Assembly (NCBI GenBank): GCA_947631245.1
Contig: CANRKP010000001.1
Span: 44,028-108,027, forward strand
Source: an uncultured Clostridia bacterium
Lineage (GTDB): Bacteria > Bacillota > Clostridia > Oscillospirales > CAG-272
Reading direction: 5' to 3'
DNA length: 64,000 nt
This document shows positions 61,538 through 64,000 of this stretch, in pieces. Position 1 is the stretch's first letter. The number at the start of each line of letters is the position of its first letter. The position numbers and the translations under genes are program-made. A model generated the notes under the pieces. That model saw only the letters and a list, made by a program, of their open reading frames with translations. It did no database searches and had not been told where the DNA came from.

Positions 61538-63421
61538 ATGAAAAACTGCGATAAGAATAAAAACGACTTTTCATTCCCGCCGCTGACGGCCGACAGCTCC
61601 CCCGAGGAGATGCGCCGCGTGACCGACGCCATATCCGATAACTCCGCGGCGGAAAACGGCAAAAAGCCTTCCGGGCGCGGCGGGAGCTTTGCTTTAAGGC
61701 TGCGCTCGCTGTTTGAGGACAAGCGCTCCCCGCGCCTGCGCCTTTCGATCTCGGCGTGCGCCGCGTTTGCATTCGTATTCACCTTTATCATATTCGGTCC
61801 GTTCGAGCTTTACATTCAGAGCGCGCGGTACCTCTCGTTCCCCTTCTCTGACCTCGTAATCCCCGTGCTGCTCGTCGGCACGGCGTCGTTTGCCGTGATA
61901 TTCGGCATACTCGCCCTTTTGAGGGGCAAGATATACAACTGCGCCGTGACCTCGCTTTTCGCCGTTACCGTCGCCGGCTATATCCAGCGCAATTTTCTGA
62001 ACGTCGACCACGGCACGCTCGACGGGCATGCAATAGAATGGACGGAGTATGCCTCCGCCGCCGTTCTCGATCTTTTATTTTGGCTCGCCGTCGCGGCGGC
62101 GGCGTTCCTGATCCTCTATTTCAGCCGCTGCATATGGACGCACACGGTGCGCGTCCTCTCCCTTATCCTTGTCGGCGCGCAGGCAGTGGCGCTCGCGGTG
62201 ATGCTTTTCAGCGGCGAGGGCACGGCGGCGCGCGAAAACAGCGTCATCTGCTCGACCGAGGGGCTCTACAACGTCACCGACGGCGAAAACGTCGTCTTCT
62301 TCCTTCTCGACAGATACGACAATCAGTTTGCGGACAAGCTGCTCGAAAAAAATCCCGCATGGAAAGAGCTGCTCTCCGGCTTTACATACTACCACAACTT
62401 CACCGGCAGTTACACGCGGACGATGCCCTCCGTCACATATCTTCTGACGGGCATAAAGTGCGACTACACGATGCCGTACGACGAGTATTTCAAAGAGGCG
62501 TGGAGCTCCTCCCTGTTTCTGCCCGGCATAAAGCGCGCGGGATACGCAGTCCGGATATATTCCGACGCGGCATATGCCTTCGGCGACTCCGCAAACCTGT
62601 CCGGGATTGCAGACAACTTCGTCGACGCGAAGCAGTCAGTCAACACGTCGCTGATGCTTGACTACATGTTCCGTTTGGCGGCATATGTTTACTCGCCCGA
62701 GGCGCTGAAGCCATATTTTTGGATGTATACTGGCGACTTCGCCGCGATAAGCGAGGGTCACGGGACGTATACCGTGAACGACCCGAAATTTTGGGGCGGC
62801 TTCAGGGAAGAGGGATTGACCGTCGAGCACGGGCGCGGGATGTTCACCTTCTACCACCTCTCGGGCTCTCACGAGCCGTATATAATGAACGAGGAAGGCA
62901 AAAAGGTCCCGCTCGGCACGGGAACGGACGCGCAGCTCGCGCAGACCGCCGGCGACATGAACATGATATTCCAATATCTCGACGCGCTGCGTGAGGCGGG
63001 CACGTTTGACAATACGACCATCATAATCTCCGCCGACCACGGCAGAACGGGCACACTTCGCGAGCTCGACGGCGTGCGCTGCCCTGCGCTGTTCATCAAG
63101 CCCGCGCACGCGGACTGTAAAGAACCGATGAAGATCTCAAACAAACAGGTCTGCCAGGACAACCTCCGCGCCTCGATACTTTCCTATCTCGGGATAGATC
63201 CCGCCGAGTACGGCCGCACCGTCGAGAGCATCGGAGAGGATGAGGAGGTCGTCCGCCTCTTCTACATGCAGGCGTGCGACGAGAGCCGCCGTCACCGCGA
63301 CGTCGAGACAGTCACATACGAGATACGCGGAGACGCGAATGTATTCGACAACTGGCGCGAGGTGGAAAGGACGCCGATACTGTTTCCTTTCTATGACTCC
63401 GACCCGATAAATCACTTTTAA
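61538..63421 (+). CDS. LTA synthase/sulfatase-family membrane protein (phosphoglycerol-transferase-like)
   Basis: The N-terminal part is polytopic membrane. The extracellular sulfatase-type domain has motifs VVFFLLDRYD, SGSHEPY and ISADHGRTG. The start is ambiguous between the GTG at 61508, the ATG at 61523 and the ATG at 61538. I prefer 61538 because a GGGAGA RBS lies 8 nt upstream and the predicted promoter TSS is near 61513. Confidence 0.8.
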   Translation: MKNCDKNKNDFSFPPLTADSSPEEMRRVTDAISDNSAAENGKKPSGRGGSFALRLRSLFEDKRSPRLRLSISACAAFAFVFTFIIFGPFELYIQSARYLSFPFSDLVIPVLLVGTASFAVIFGILALLRGKIYNCAVTSLFAVTVAGYIQRNFLNVDHGTLDGHAIEWTEYASAAVLDLLFWLAVAAAAFLILYFSRCIWTHTVRVLSLILVGAQAVALAVMLFSGEGTAARENSVICSTEGLYNVTDGENVVFFLLDRYDNQFADKLLEKNPAWKELLSGFTYYHNFTGSYTRTMPSVTYLLTGIKCDYTMPYDEYFKEAWSSSLFLPGIKRAGYAVRIYSDAAYAFGDSANLSGIADNFVDAKQSVNTSLMLDYMFRLAAYVYSPEALKPYFWMYTGDFAAISEGHGTYTVNDPKFWGGFREEGLTVEHGRGMFTFYHLSGSHEPYIMNEEGKKVPLGTGTDAQLAQTAGDMNMIFQYLDALREAGTFDNTTIIISADHGRTGTLRELDGVRCPALFIKPAHADCKEPMKISNKQVCQDNLRASILSYLGIDPAEYGRTVESIGEDEEVVRLFYMQACDESRRHRDVETVTYEIRGDANVFDNWREVERTPILFPFYDSDPINHF

Positions 63422-63433
63422 AGGAGACGTGAG

Positions 63434-64000
63434 ATGAAAAAGCTCCTATTCATATGGTTTGCCGCCGCGTCCGCGCTGCTCTTCACGGTAACGGCTTCCG
63501 CTTATTCCGCGTATATAGACCCGTCCGCGATGACGTATATCATACAGATGATAGCGGGCATCGCGATAGCGGCGGGCGCCGGTCTCGGCTTTTACTTCCG
63601 CCGCATAAAGCGCGCCTTCGGCAAGCTCGGAAAGAAAAAAGACGGCGCCGCGGTAAACGACGCCTCGCTCACCGACGATTTCGACGACGATGACGACGAT
63701 GACGATTACGGCTTCGGCGACTACGAGCTCCCGACGGATAACACAGCGCCACAGGCTCCCCCGGCTGCCGAACCCGCTGCCACCCCTGCGTCAACTGCAA
63801 TCCCCGCGGCACCTGCGGCAGCCTCCGCCCCTGCGGAGCCTTTCCATCACGAAGTTCACAGCGCGCCCGCCGTCGTTTATGACAAATACGACGAGACGGG
63901 CGGGGACGCGCTCGCCGCCCTCGCCGCAGAAAACAATGCGCTGCGCGCGGAGCTTGCGCGGGAGCACGAAAAGGTCGAGATACTCATAAAAGCGCTCGCC
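63434..64000 (+). CDS. hypothetical membrane protein with acidic (poly-Asp) and Ala/Pro-rich regions; 3' end outside window
   Basis: This ORF is not in the ORF track because it has no stop inside the window. AAGGAG lies 6-7 nt before the ATG at 63434. My own translation is MKKLLFIWFAAASALLFTVTASAYSAYIDPSAMTYIIQMIAGIAIAAGAGLGFYFRRIKRAF...DDFDDDDDDDDYGF...PQAPPAAEPAATPAS..., and the frame is open to base 64000. Confidence 0.6.
   Translation, partial: MKKLLFIWFAAASALLFTVTASAYSAYIDPSAMTYIIQMIAGIAIAAGAGLGFYFRRIKRAFGKLGKKKDGAAVNDASLTDDFDDDDDDDDYGFGDYELPTDNTAPQAPPAAEPAATPASTAIPAAPAAASAPAEPFHHEVHSAPAVVYDKYDETGGDALAALAAENNALRAELAREHEKVEILIKALA

Noticed and set aside
63660-63705. GAC/GAT trinucleotide repeat
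   Set aside because: It is in-frame coding sequence for the poly-Asp segment of the partial ORF starting at 63434, not a non-coding microsatellite.

Overview
GC-rich (roughly 60% by eye) chromosomal core segment. Gene content and order look like a Clostridia-class Firmicute, possibly Oscillospiraceae/Ruminococcaceae-like. This placement is an inference from protein motifs and synteny, not from a search. I call about 56 protein-coding genes, densely packed on both strands. I saw no rRNA, tRNA, CRISPR array, transposase, prophage block or clear mobile element. Recognisable content, in order: the 3' part of PFOR; an XRE regulator with a small paralogous partner; pgsA-like and Xer-type recombinase genes; a MATE exporter; a MecA-like adaptor; a four-gene envelope operon (lipoprotein, cell-wall-binding-repeat/transglutaminase-like protein, MBOAT, DxHW AlgJ-like protein); a multidomain flavodiiron-rubredoxin protein; a DUF5685-like/J-domain/membrane-protein triad; the conserved yicC-remA-rpoZ-priA-def-fmt-rsmB-rlmN-stp-prkC-rsgA block; comM/yifB; a lipid kinase; a dipeptidase; a sugar nucleotidyltransferase; RNase J; a PPi-type phosphofructokinase; yitT; a Cthe_2159-like beta-helix lipoprotein; trxB, nrdD (with a fused thioredoxin-like tail) and nrdG; an ABC/GldG/DUF4340 operon; pgeF-truB-nrnA-rbfA; greA; a mannitol-dehydrogenase-family gene; GH43; and an LTA-synthase-like gene. 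The most interesting items are listed below. (1) The nrdG / nrdD-Trx fusion / trxB locus and its palindrome-rich control region, including a perfect NrdR-type box in an odd position. (2) The envelope O-acylation operon coupled to a cell-wall-binding transglutaminase-like protein. (3) The uncharacterised DUF5685-like/J-domain (Cys-rich tail)/membrane triad. (4) A roughly 75-85 bp intergenic hairpin element present in at least two diverged copies between convergent genes. (5) A structured leader with three extended -10 promoters upstream of an Ig-like/pseudo-transglutaminase lipoprotein. Nothing here is a compelling, clearly novel system. All functional calls rest on motifs I can read in the translations and need HMM/BLAST confirmation.
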